From: Macrostomum lignano
Taxonomy: Eukaryota
NCBI GenBank assembly: GCA_002269645.1
Contig: NIVC01000857.1
Coordinates: 62,001-126,000, forward strand
Direction of reading: 5' to 3'
Length of the DNA stretch: 64,000 bases
The notes under the pieces are model-generated. The model saw nothing but the letters and a program-made list of their open reading frames with translations. It did no database searches and had not been told where the DNA came from. Both the position numbers and the translations under genes were made by a program. This document shows, piece by piece, positions 17,200 through 29,720 of the stretch (position 1 is the stretch's first letter; the number at the start of each line of letters is the position of its first letter).

Positions 17200-18086
17200 C
17201 CCAGATCTCCCAGATCCCAGATCTCCCAGATCCCAGATCTCCCAGATCCCAGATCTCCCAGATCCCAGATCTCCCAGATCCCAGATCTCCCAGATCCCAG
17301 ATCTCCCAGATCCCAGATCTCCCAGATCCCAGATCTCCCAGATCCCAGATCTCCCAGATCTCCCAGATCCCAGATCTCCCAGATCCCAGATCTCCCAGAT
17401 CCCAGATCTCCCAGATCCCAGATCTCCCAGATCCCAGATCTCCCAGATCCCAGATCTCCCAGATCCCAGATCTCCCAGATCCCAGATCTCCCAGATCCCA
17501 GATCTCCCAGATCCCAGATCTCCCAGATCCCAGATCTCCCAGATCCCAGATCTCCCAGATCCCAGATCTCCCAGATCCCAGATCTCCCAGATCCCAGATC
17601 TCCCAGATCCCAGATCTCCCAGATCCCAGATCTCCCAGATCCCAGATCTCCCAGATCCCAGATCTCCCAGATCCCAGATCTCCCAGATCCCAGATCTCCC
17701 AGATCCCAGATCTCCCAGATCCCAGATCTCCCAGATCCCAGATCTCCCAGATCCCAGATCTCCCAGATCCCAGATCTCCCAGATCCCAGATCTCCCAGAT
17801 CCCAGATCTCCCAGATCCCAGATCTCCCAGATCCCAGATCTCCCAGATCCCAGATCTCCCAGATCCCAGATCTCCCAGATCCCAGATCTCCCAGATCCCA
17901 GATCTCCCAGATCCCAGATCTCCCAGATCCCAGATCTCCCAGATCCCAGATCTCCCAGATCCCAGATCTCCCAGATCCCAGATCTCCCAGATCCCAGATC
18001 TCCCAGATCCCAGATCTCCCAGATCCCAGATCTCCCAGATCCCAGATCTCCCAGATCCCAGATCTCCCAAATCTCCCAGATCCCAG
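17200..18086. repeat. 16-bp minisatellite (CCCAGATCTCCCAGAT), about 55 copies
   Basis: Near-perfect array; source of the spurious PDLPDPRSPRSQISQI and GDLGSGRSGIWEIWDL ORFs. Confidence 0.97.
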
Positions 18087-18769
18087 AATAAATTATCGTG
18101 GTGATTAAATTATAATGGCAATTTTTCTCCGAAAAAATCATCGTTGCTACTATGAGTAGCCGCCACGACCCCAGACTGATCTGCAAGCCTATACAGCTGA
18201 GCAAGTGTGTTCGCTCAAGCATCGAGTCTCAAATTTCCACCCCGGAGCCACTTGTGACCGAATGAGCTTCGAATTCCAGTAAGTCCTGCGCCGCCGCTGC
18301 GGCAACAAAGGAGGCTCCGTCCGTCCGGTTTCGATTTCCCGCGGGAAAAACCGTAGCTTTTGTTTCATTTTTCATGTCTTCCTGGGTTCGAGTTCGTGTT
18401 TTTTACTGCCCCCCCCCTTCGAGCTACTTAAATTTTGAAATTTTGTCACCAACCCCCGTCCCGGTTGCAGTTCCTCTTAGCAGCTGTAAACGGTTTTGTG
18501 TCCGGCATGTATTATTCATTGATTGACGGCGGCCCGGTGGCCGAGCGAAACCCGATCCGTCCGCAGGCCGCGGCGGGCAGATCGAACTCCCGGTTGCCGG
18601 GCGGACAGCAGCGAGAGCGGAACTGCGCCCGTAATTGAGCGGCGCGAAAATGCTTGTCAGTTTAAGTGGCTGTTCGCAAACTGACGGCCTCTTGGCAGGG
18701 CGGGAGAGAGGGACAGCGGGGCAGTGGGATACGGAGAGTCACTGGTGTTGGCCTGCGTGCGAGGTCGAC

Positions 18770-19558
18770 TGGGAGTGACGTCGAGTGTGAAAGTAAGAGC
18801 GACAGTGAGAGTGAAAGTTAGTAATATTGAGTGACAACCAGACTGACAATGAGCCTGGCAGTGAGTGAAATTGAGTGACTTAGAGAGCGAGAGTGACAAT
18901 GAGAGTGAGATTGAGTGACTCTGAGAGCAATGGTGACGCTGAGTGACACCGGGAACGAGAGTGACACTTAGGGACACTGAGAGTGATAGTGACAATAAGA
19001 GTGGCAGTGAGAGCGAGAGGGACAATGAAAGTGACAGTGAGAGTGACAATAAGAGCGACAGTGAGTGACACTGAAAGCGAGAGTGAAGATGAGAGTGACA
19101 GTGAGAGTGAAAATGACAGTGACAGTGAGAGTGAAAATGACAGTGACAGTGAGAGTGAAAATGAGAGTGACAGTGAGAGTGAAAATGAGAGTGACAGTGA
19201 GAGTGACAGTGAGAGTGAAAATGACAGTGACAGTGAGACTAACAGTGAGAGTGAAAATGAGAGTGACAGAGAGAGTGACAGTGAGAGTGAAAATGAGAGT
19301 GACAGTGAGAGTGACAGTGAGAGTGAAAATGACAGTGACAGTGAGAGTGACAGTGAGAGTGACAGTGAGAGTGAAAATAAGAGTGACAGTGAGAGTGACA
19401 GTGAGAGTGAAAATGAGAGTGACAGTGAGAGTGACAGTGAGAGTGAAAATGACAGTAACAGTGAGAGTGACAGTGAGAGTGAAAATGAGAGTGACAGTGA
19501 GAGTTACAGTGAGAGTGAAAATGAGAGTGACAGTGAGAGTGACAGTGAGAGTGACAGT
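18770..19558. repeat. Hexamer-based degenerate repeat (GAGAGT/GACAGT/GAAAAT); mirror at about 59485-60260
   Basis: Direct read; source of the SESE/NESD, VRV and HSHC ORFs. Confidence 0.9.
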
Positions 19559-20119
19559 CCGGCAACAAGCACAGGAGTTGGCCGTGGGCTGGCAACAAAG
19601 CGAGGCGGTTCAGCAGCGCACAGGGAAATCGATGAAGATTTTGCAGCCTCCCCGAGTATCAAATGATCCGAGCGGAGTCCGGGTCTCGCGCCCCGCAACT
19701 CGATAATCGAATTATGAACTCCATTGTCCCCCGCCGGGCCCGCCCCGCCCCTCTTGTCTCCGCCAATTCAACTCCCCGCTTTTCCCTCTTCTCCCCGCCC
19801 GCCCAAGTATCCGGGGCCCCGGTTTGCGCAAACAATTCGGCATCTCAGTGCCCTGAGCAATGCGGCTCGGTGCTCGGCCGGACTCTGAGCTCGAATTGCG
19901 CAACCCGCGAGAAGACGGGGAGTAGGCAATAAATCACTGAGAACTCGATTGAGCTGAGCTCGCGGACTGCTATTGATGGTTTTGTGTGTCCGGCAAGTTT
20001 TACGAGCTGGGGGTGGCGATTCGGGATGAAGATGTGCCCCGATGAGGGCCCCAGACTCCGCCGAAAACAGTATTTTAAGCAAACCTTTTCTAGATAAACT
20101 GAAGGTTTGTGAATTTAGC

Positions 20120-22460
20120 TATCTCACCCCATCTATCTCGTTATCCCATGCTATTGTCTGATATCTCACTCTGTCTATCTCATTATCCCATGCTATTCTC
20201 TGATATCTCACCCCATCTATCTCGTTATCCCATGCTATTCTCTGATATCTCACTCTGTCTATCTCATTATCCCATGCTATTCTCTGGTATCTCACCCCAT
20301 CTATCTCATTATCCCATGCTATTCTCTGATATCTCACCCTGTCTATCTCATTATCCCATGCTATTCTCTGATATCTCACTCTGTCTATCTCATTATCCCA
20401 TGCTATTCTCTGATATCTCACCCCATCTATCTCATTGTCTCATGCTATTCTCTGATATCCCACTCTGTCTATCTCATTATCCCATGCTATTGTCTGATAT
20501 CTCACTCTGTCTATCTCATTATCCCATGCTATTCTCTGATATCTCACCCCATCTATCTCATTATCCCATGCTATTGTCTGATATCTCACCCTGTCTATCT
20601 CATTCTCTCATGCTATTGTCTGATATCTCACCCTGTCTATCTCATTGTCTCATGCTATTGTCTGATATCCCACTCTGTCTATCTCATTATCCCATGCTAT
20701 TGTCTGATATCTCACCCTGTCTATCTCATTGTCTCATGCTATTGTCTGATATCTCACCCTGTCTATCTCATTATCTCATGCTATTGTCTGATATCTCACC
20801 CTGTCTATCTCATTCTCTCATGCTATTGTCTGATATCTCACCCTGTCTATCTCATTGTCTCATGCTATTCTCTGATATCCCACTCTGTCTATCTCATTAT
20901 CCCATGCTATTGTCTGATATCTCACCCTGTCTATCTCATTGTCTCATGCTATTGTCTGATATCTCACCCTGTCTATCTCATTGTCTCATGCTATTGTCTG
21001 ATATCTCACCCTGTCTATCTCATTGTCTCATGCTATTGTCTGATATCTCACCCTGTCTATCTCATTGTCTCATGCTATTGTCTGATATCTCACCCTGTCT
21101 ATCTCATTATCCCATGCTATTCTTTGATATCTCACTCTGTCTATCTCATTATCCCATGCTATTCTCTGATATCTCACCCCATCTATCTCATTATCCCATG
21201 CTATTGTCTGATATCTCACCCTGTCTATCTCATTCTCTCATGCTATTGTCTGATATCTCACCCTGTCTATCTCATTGTCTCATGCTATTCTCTGATATCC
21301 CACTCTGTCTATCTCGTTATCCCATGCTATTGTCTGATATCTCACTCTGTCTATCTCATTATCCCATGCTATTCTCTGATATCTCACCCCATCTATCTCG
21401 TTATCCCATGCTATTCTCTGATATCTCACTCTGTCTATCTCATTATCCCATGCTATTCTCTGGTATCTCACCCCATCTATCTCATTATCCCATGCTATTC
21501 TCTGATATCTCACCCTGTCTATCTCATTATCCCATGCTATTCTCTGATATCTCACTCTGTCTATCTCATTATCCCATGCTATTCTCTGATATCTCACCCC
21601 ATCTATCTCATTGTCTCATGCTATTCTCTGATATCCCACTCTGTCTATCTCATTATCCCATGCTATTGTCTGATATCTCACTCTGTCTATCTCATTATCC
21701 CATGCTATTCTCTGATATCTCACCCCATCTATCTCATTATCCCATGCTATTGTCTGATATCTCACCCTGTCTATCTCATTCTCTCATGCTATTGTCTGAT
21801 ATCTCACCCTGTCTATCTCATTGTCTCATGCTATTCTCTGATATCCCACTCTGTCTATCTCATTATCCCATGCTATTGTCTGATATCTCACCCTGTCTAT
21901 CTCATTGTCTCATGCTATTGTCTGATATCTCACCCTGTCTATCTCATTATCTCATGCTATTGTCTGATATCTCACCCTGTCTATCTCATTCTCTCATGCT
22001 ATTGTCTGATATCTCACCCTGTCTATCTCATTGTCTCATGCTATTCTCTGATATCCCACTCTGTCTATCTCATTATCCCATGCTATTGTCTGATATCTCA
22101 CCCTGTCTATCTCATTGTCTCATGCTATTGTCTGATATCTCACCCTGTCTATCTCATTGTCTCATGCTATTGTCTGATATCTCACCCTGTCTATCTCATT
22201 GTCTCATGCTATTGTCTGATATCTCACCCTGTCTATCTCATTGTCTCATGCTATTGTCTGATATCTCACCCTGTCTATCTCATTATCCCATGCTATTCTT
22301 TGATATCTCACTCTGTCTATCTCATTATCCCATGCTATTGTCTGATATCTCACCCTGTCTATCTCATTGTCTCATGCTATTGTCTGATATCTCACCCTGT
22401 CTATCTTATTGTCTCATGATTTTCTCGCATATCTCACCCGTCTATCTCTGTCTCATGATA
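20120..22460. repeat. 42-bp minisatellite (CTATTGTCTGATATCTCACCCTGTCTATCTCATTATCCCATG), about 56 copies
   Basis: Direct read; 14-aa period in the 797-aa repeat ORF. Confidence 0.97.
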
Positions 22461-23843
22461 TTCTCATATAGTGTGTGGTTAATAAATACATATATAATAT
22501 AGGTATTAACTCAGCCTCCAAGCTCGCATACTCACTCCACGCCATCAATTCAACGCAGCTCCTCCATCCACTTGAATTCAATAATGGGGTTGAGGATGTC
22601 ACACAGGTGTGAATTGGGGGCGTCAGTCTGAAAAAAAAACTGCATAATTCTGATGACTGTAATTAGGAACAGAGTTCAGCCACTTAGCAGAGCCTCATGC
22701 AGCCCTGGTGCGAACTAAATATTCGATCGCTTCGAATACAATTAAGCACCCGAAATTGGAGTCACCACTGGGGCCGGGAGTGACAAACTGATTTCAGAGT
22801 TCGAAAAAGTGTTCCGACGACACGGTTCATTGCCCGCGTGTTCAATGGCATATAAAATGTGTTTCAAGGTGTCCCCAGCACGGCATGGAGTTGAATAAAG
22901 CCGCGCACTGCAGTAGGGTTCGGGTCTGAGCGGTTGCGCAACACTGGAAGAAGAGACTGGCATTCGAGACAGATGAGGACTTGCTGTGGCACGCAGCCCC
23001 AGGGAAGCCTTCAATAGTCTGTTGCAATAAACACATTTTTTCGATCTTTCTGATCTTTATTTAAAAAATTCCTATTATAAACAGTGGGAAGTGGCGCACT
23101 GTGATCGGTCAGTGTTTGTTGCAACAGTCCACGGGTCTTGCAAGCGTGAGGCGGAGTTTCTAAATAAATAAGTAGCTGGCATCTCTGCCAAGCATTCCGC
23201 CGTAGTTGTAGTCTTTTTTGTGAACCAGTAGAAGGAAAGTTGGCTGCATAAACTTGCGTGTTTCAATTCTATAACTCTTTGCTTTGGCATTCTTTTACAC
23301 ACCTGATCCTCCGAGAGGTCTGAGCGAGCTGGCCAGGAGGGGGGGCATTTAATTTACAACACACTCAAAGTCACAACAACAGACAGGCGGGCAGTTCTGA
23401 CTGGCAAAACGGACCGGCGGCAAATTTTGGAACAATTAAAAAGGGGGTTGGCCAGAGCTGTGAGCAGCAAACTCTCAGTCCCAATCTCAACTCGAGTTTT
23501 ATTGTGTGCGGCGAGCCCGCATGCGAGGCCGGCCCGACTCTCGGTGGAGCAGCTGACCTGCCTGAGGGGGTGAATGGCGGCGGCAAACTTCTTGAGGCGG
23601 AGGGTGGGGTGGGGCGCCGGAGCCCGCGGATTGGTCGAGGATAAGTGGGGGGCGGCAGGCCACAGCTCGGTGAGGAATAAAGTGCGGCACGCATTCGCAG
23701 ACCAGCAGCATTGGGGCCAAACACAGACAGGCCGCTGCAGTGAAAGTCGCTGCTAGACTCGAATACTCGGATCGAGGACTGACTGACGGACAGGCGCATC
23801 CGGGCTGCAGGTTCGCACAGCAGGGAGCAAGGAGTCTGCCGCA

Positions 23844-25822
23844 ATGCTGCGTGAGTAACATCTGCATATCCCAGTCATTTTTGTCAGCCAAAAAACTGTA
23901 TTGCTCTCATGAGAGCTCCCGTGTTTTTTACTTCAAGCCTGAGCTTTCACTGTAGTTGATACACTTTTTCCTCCTCACTCCATTGTCCCAATGATGGGAG
24001 AATTATCCCCATTTCGATGCGCCGCGCTGCGTCCGCGAAATCAATCGGCCGCGAAGCCTCCCGGGAGCTGGCGGAGGGGGGCGGAGGCAGCTGACTCCCG
24101 CGCTGGGATGCAGCGAGTCAGCCAAGCGGCAAGGATCGGGGAACTCTCAATGATGCTTTGGGGAACAGAAAAATATCTCCAGAGAAAGGGGGAGTTTTTT
24201 CTGCAGCACACGCCAGCCCGGCACCCCGCGCAGTCCGCAGATCCCGTTACGGGGCTCCGCAACGCCTCAGCGGTCCCGGCTTTGCCCCCCCCCCCCCAGG
24301 CCGTGGAGTGTCTGGGAATGCAGTTTTGAGATCATCGGCTGGGCTCGATGCCCGGGCGACTGCAGCGGCGGCAGACAATGCCGGGCCGGCCGCTGCAGTC
24401 AGTGGGAAGCGCGCAGGCTCGGCAGCTGCTGTCGGGGGGTAGCGAATGATTTTTTGTGAGCTGAAAGCAGCGCTCGGTCTGGAAGCTGCTGCTGCTGCTG
24501 CCGCTGTCGCTAGCGACTCTCCGTGCGAAGCCCGCTAGGAAACAATGCTGCAGCTGTCGGCTCCCCAGCCTCCGCGATGCAGCCTCATCATCTCTATTTG
24601 AGCTCTGCTGCAGCTTCTCGATCTGCTTGGCTGCCCACAATCTCCCCCTGCTCTCGGCAGCCCCGCTGAGCGATCCTGCGACCCCGGCTGCGACCCCCCC
24701 CTGGCTTCATCTCCGTACCTAAGCCAGCCTCCTAAGCAACTAACGAGCGTACTGCATCAATTATTAAGGCAGAAATTTCAATTAACTACCTCTAGGAGAA
24801 GCAGGCAAGCAACTGCAGCGGATAATCCACTCTTCTGCATAGGACTGCTTTCATGAGGGGTTGCCGTGCCGCTGGGAGAGAAATTTCAATTGTGGGGCTG
24901 CTGGCATCATGAGATCCCTCTCCACCTGTGGATGGCTTTTCATTTTCTTATCCAAGCGGGCGAGCCTCTGATCCCGCCACCTGAGGAGCTCGGGGGGGGG
25001 GACACTTGACACGACTCTCCAGTCCCCTCGCCGATCGCCCAAGAGCCATTGACGCTGGCTGAGCTGTTGCGGGGGAACTCCGGGCTCCTTCTCGCTCCAA
25101 GGCAGCGGAATGCGAATGCCTTGCTCTCCCAGCAACCCGTCTCGCCCATCTTGAGCTGAGGGGGGAGGGTGGCAACCGGACCGTGACACGCTGCGCTGCT
25201 GCAGCCGCTGCCCGCCCAGCCAGCCGCGTCGCCCACACAAATGTTGCTCTTTGATTTTGGGCCTTCTGGCTGGGGGGACGCCTTGGAGACAGCAGCATTC
25301 AGACCCAGTGGGCTGTGACTCCCCGCCCCGTCAAACCTGCCCTGAGGACCCCCGCTGACCACCGCAGGCTGCCCCAGCTGTCCGACACCCCCGGCCGCCG
25401 CAGCCAGCAGAGCTTGAAGTCACACGCTCGGCCGGGCGTGCTCGAGCTGGGAGTCCGGGGGGCAAGGGGAGGGCCTCGACTTCCCGGCACGGGCCGCGGA
25501 GCACGGAGAGCTCGGCCGCAGCTGGCAGGCTATAAAGAGGCTTGAAGAGAGCGGGCAGTGAGGCTGGGAGCTCGGCACTTGAGCTGCTGCAACACCGAAT
25601 TTCTGCTTTGACCCGCAGATCACCAGGACCAGCTGCATCACCAGCAGCAGCTCGGACACCAGTTCCTTCTCGAGCAGCAGCAGCAGCAGCAATACCAGCA
25701 GAATTTCTGCAGCACCGGCGACAGTTTTGAGCACTTCGCCGCCATCATCGCCAGGGACCGGCAGCAGCACCAGCTGCACCTGCACGCGGACGAGGCTGTG
25801 AAAGGAGTGTCCGAACTCAAAG
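23844..25822 (+). CDS. Predicted distal 5' coding exons of Pax2/5/8 (left): 23844-23850 and 25619-25822, encoding MLHHQDQLHHQQQLGHQFLLEQQ...VKGVSELK(G)
   Basis: ATG CTG C|GTGAGT donor; tttgacccgcag|AT acceptor; 204-nt phase 1-1 exon ending AAA G|GTGAGT. Versus the right arm: 4 synonymous and 2 nonsynonymous changes plus an in-frame +6-nt CAG indel. Linkage to the paired-box exon is inferred from phase compatibility. Confidence 0.65.
25531..25537 (+). promoter_or_regulatory. TATA box (TATAAAG) 88 bp upstream of the 204-nt exon; mirror at 54591-54597
   Basis: Consensus match conserved in both arms while the adjacent 3' sequence diverges. Confidence 0.45.
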
Positions 25823-26699
25823 GTGAGTGAGCTGTCAATCAATTATTCTGGCAGACCGGTTTCATAGAATTAACATCGCAAATTGAGTGAGTAGGTGAAA
25901 ACAGGGCTCCCGGCAACTATAATCCTATGCAGATTTTAACTGACAAGCTTGAAGAACAATGGGATTTTCCTCAGAGTTTAATAATGTCCCTCTGTGTTTA
26001 TTTTCGCTCGGAATGTAATTTTCAATTTGCAATGACCTGGCAACCAGAACCCCGCTCTGTTCTGAAGGGAGAACTTTCTGTTATTCGCTCGCGAGAGGGA
26101 ATGAATGAAAATGTGCGAACCGAACCTGCGCAAGCGGTCGGTCACCGGACTGCCTGCAGGCACCCCGCTGTGAGGCTCCATTCGAAAGAGTTCGGTTGCG
26201 TCAGAGAGGGTTTATCAGAGAGTCCCCCTCCCAACCCCCGTCCGACCCAGAAGCCTCGCGGGCGCAGCGGCTTTCCGATGCTCTCTTTTTCGATGTTCTT
26301 CTTCTTCTAGGAGCAAGACTCGCCTGGTTTTTTGCGCAAGCCCGCAAGCCCCGGGGGCAAAGCGAGCGAGTTAAACCTGGGGGGGGGGGGGCTGGGTCGG
26401 GACAAAGTGTTGGGGCAATTCAACAATTACTTTTAGTTTGACACCCTCTGGAGAACTGGGAGGGTTTTTAGAATATAAATACTCGTAGCTCAGGATGATG
26501 CTCTGGACTATCCCGGGCTCTACTGGAATCGGGTGGAGCTCAAGCTGGTGTTTCTAATTCTGAGGCTGCGAATGCACTACCAGTTTTTGGCTGTAAATTT
26601 CTGTGTTTGAAGTAATATAGTCTGTAAACTGACTTGCTGAGGCTGCTAGGTTCAGGCTGTGACAAGTCTGTAAATTACTGTAACTGTGAGATTGGGACG

Positions 26700-27190
26700 G
26701 ATCGATATTGGCTGTAGAAGTTTGTAAATTCCTGTCAATATTGAGGTTGAGACATATCGATAGTGGCTGCAGATGTCTGTAAATTACTGTCAATATTGAG
26801 GTTAAGACATATCGATAGTGGCTGCAGAAGTCTGTAAATTACTGTCAATATTGAGGCTGAGACATATCGATAGTGGCTGTAGAAGTCTGTAAATTACTGT
26901 CAATATTGAGGCTGAGACATATCGATAGTGGCTGTAGAAGTCTGTAAATTACTGTCAATATTGAGGCTGAGACATATCGATAGTGGCTGCAGAAGTCTGT
27001 AAATTACTGTCGCTATTGAGGTTGAGACATATCGATAGTGGCTGTAGAAGTCTGTAAATTACTGTCAATATTGAGGCTGAGACATATCGATAGTGGCTGC
27101 AGAAGTCTGTAAATTACTGTCGCTATTGAGGTTGAGACATATCGATAGTGGCTGTAGAAGTCTGTAAATTACTGTCAATATTGAGGTTGA
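26700..27190. repeat. 55-bp minisatellite (GACATATCGATAGTGGCTGTAGAAGTCTGTAAATTACTGTCAATATTGAGGCTGA), about 8-9 copies
   Basis: Direct read; period of 55 verified. Confidence 0.93.
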
Positions 27191-29329
27191 GCCTGAAAAT
27201 CTCTACCCGTTCACCAAAGCCAAACAATCAAAGGCCGCATGACTCGAGTTCGTCTCCCCCCCCCAAGTCAAACAGGCCCACCAGAATGCGGGCTGCCCAG
27301 GTGAGGGGGGCAAACAGAAGGTCGCAGAGACCTGCACGGGAAGCCCCCAGCTGACTCGCCCCAGCGCAGTGATTTACTGCTCTCCGGGGTTGGGGCGAGG
27401 AAGTCCCGCCACTTTTTGCCCATCCTGTCAGCTCGATCGGGCATCACGCGAATGCGCCATTGAGGCTGCGGGCTCGAGTCCCGCCTGCTCCCGGCTCTCC
27501 ATTCCCCCTGTTGCTCAACCAACTTCCCACCCGCACCCAGCCCACGGGGTGATGAATTGGCTGGCACAGCTGACCCAACTGTCCCAATGCCGCTTGATGA
27601 AGCTGCCTCCTCCTCTCTTGATGGAGCTCGGGAGTCGCAGCGAATTTGGGATTCTCTGTCAGCTCGATTTGGGGCATTATAATTACAGAGCCCTTCTCCC
27701 TGGGGATTCGAACTCAAGACTTTCTCTGCGAGCTTCCAGTTTTTAGGATATCTTCATCGGCGCGTGACCGCCCCAGCCTCTGGGAAAATCGGGGAAACCG
27801 GGGGGGGCTTCGGGAGAAATGTCAGAATCAATTCCTCCCAACTGCAGGCTTTTGCATTCGAGCTATTGACTGGTTAGTGACTCGCCATGTAATTATTTGT
27901 GTCGTCTCATTGGAGGAGGAGAGGAGATCTCGCCCTCAGTGGCTACCGGGCTATTCGGGAAGAGCCGCGGTTGCTGGGCAAACTATTCGAAACCGTTGCC
28001 CAGGCCGCACGTGCAGCTTTCGGCAGCCGCGGAATTGTTTTACAAATTTGGTGTCGAAATTCGAATAAATCCAATCAATGGGTCCAGAGAGGAAGCAAAA
28101 AAGTGGCTGACTGAGGCCGGGTTGCTGGGGGCCCCGCGGTAGCCTCGGCTGAGTGGTGGGCGGTCTCGGCTTTCCAGCAAGCGCCCCACTTTCTCTTACA
28201 CAGCCAGCAGTCCTCATTAGCATTGCTAATTGCGGCATGTCCCCTGTGCGAGATTTCCAAGCCCGAGAACCGGCCGCGGAGCCTCGCACGCTGGCCGAAA
28301 AACGGCCGCCAACACAAATGCAAGCGAAGAGAAAGCAGAGTCTTTCAATCGCGCCCTCCATGCGGCCAGTGAGCACTGACTGCTTCTCAGCCCAGATGAC
28401 GCGGCTCCCATTCAGCCTCCCATTTGGACCCCATCAATCAGAGCGGCATTATGGACTGCTCAGGGGGGAGAATGGGAGACAGCATGCAGAGGGAGATGAG
28501 GCGAGGTGTCGCGGGGATCGGCCGAACAATTATCCCATGCGGCGGGAAGAATCCGCCGCGCGCCCTGCAGACCCCGCGGCCCGGCATTTTTAGGTCCGGG
28601 CGCAGAGGCTGGAAGGGAAGCAGAAAGTCCTCTGGGGATTCGGCGGGTCCGGGCGGTGCTGGATAAGCCAGCCGGGCCTGTCGCGCTCCGACGGCCTCGC
28701 AGATTTCTGCCGCCGCTGCTCAGTGAGCCGTTTAATGAACTGAGCTGGTGGGGGCGGCCTCAGAATCCCAGCGGCGGGGAGAAAGTGACTGCCCGGCCCC
28801 ATCTGCTTGGGATGCGGTTGGACTTGAACTTTCCCTATTAGGATTTTATTTATATTTTCGAGGGATTATAAATGTCGTTCGATCGGCCCTGGTGTCAGGT
28901 GGGCGCAGGCTTGGGCTGTCCAGGTGCTGAGTTGGGCGAATTGTCCCAGACTGCCCCGCGGTTCCCCATGCAGCTGCGTGAAGCTGCGCCATGCTTTGAC
29001 CTCCGGGATCGGAAAATTCGCGAGCCGAAAACCACTCAGACCAGCAGCCCTGCCCAGCTTTGCAGCAAATTTGAAAGCTTTTTTGTTTCCTTTATTCACT
29101 TTCTATGGGTGAGGCTCATCGGGATAATTTTCCCACTTCCTCGCGCTTCATCGTCACGCGATTTTCAACCGCCGGGATCTCCGGGATCAATACCGGGGGG
29201 GGGGGGTTGGCAGGTCAGGCGATGGGATCGAACCAAAGTGGAGGTGGCAAATCTGAGCGAGGCTGGCAATGGGGAGAATTCTGTCAGTTTTTGGGGAGGC
29301 TTTCGTTTCCCCTATTTACCTCATCAGTA

Positions 29330-29720
29330 GATGAGAGGAGAGGTGAGAGTCAGACAAGAGGAGATGGGAGAGTCAGACAAGAGGAGATGGGAGAGTCAGA
29401 GAAGAGGGGAGGGAAGAGTCAGACAAGGGGATAAGGGAGAGTCAGACAAGAGGAGATAGGAGAGTCAGAGAAGAGGAGATGGGAGAGTCAGAGAAGAGGG
29501 GATGGGAGAGTCAGAGAAGAGGAGATAGGAGAGTCAGAGAAGAGGGGATGGGAGAGTCAGAGAAGAGGAGAGATGAGAGTCAGATGAGAGGAGAGATGAG
29601 AGTCAGATGAGAGGAGATTGGAGTCAGACAAGAGGAGAGCTGGGAGTCAGATGAGAGAAGATGGGAGAGTCAGACAAGAGGAAATGGGAGAGTAAGCAGA
29701 ATAGGAGATGGGAGAGTCAG
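29330..29720. repeat. Purine-rich ~23-bp repeat (GGAGAGTCAGAGAAGAGGAGATG); shorter mirror at about 50690-50960
   Basis: Direct read. Confidence 0.85.

Noticed and set aside
18983-19666. 227-aa Ser/Asp/Glu-rich ORF (SESENDSDSES...) resembling an acidic or biomineralisation protein, mirrored at 59377-60060
   Set aside because: It is the translation of a stop-free hexamer repeat that is also open in other frames and strands (VRV, HSHC, SLSL). There is no signal peptide and no convincing splice or promoter context.
16994-22502. Long ORFs of 300-800 aa (PDLPDPRSPRSQISQI, MLLSDISPCLSHYP; also [16 protein letters not shown] at 33819-35003)
   Set aside because: All are translations of 16- or 42-bp minisatellites with variable copy number between arms; the last lies inside a defined Pax intron.
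28451-28505. Fourth candidate Pax first exon (MDCSGGRMGDSMQREMRR-G, phase 1), identical peptide in both arms
   Set aside because: The donor GAG|GTGTCG is weak and no promoter element is evident. Not supportable without RNA data.
27762-29159. GTCACGC cores (27762-27768, 29153-29159) as Pax autoregulatory sites
   Set aside because: Only a 7-bp core in GC-rich DNA; the full bipartite paired-domain site is not evident.
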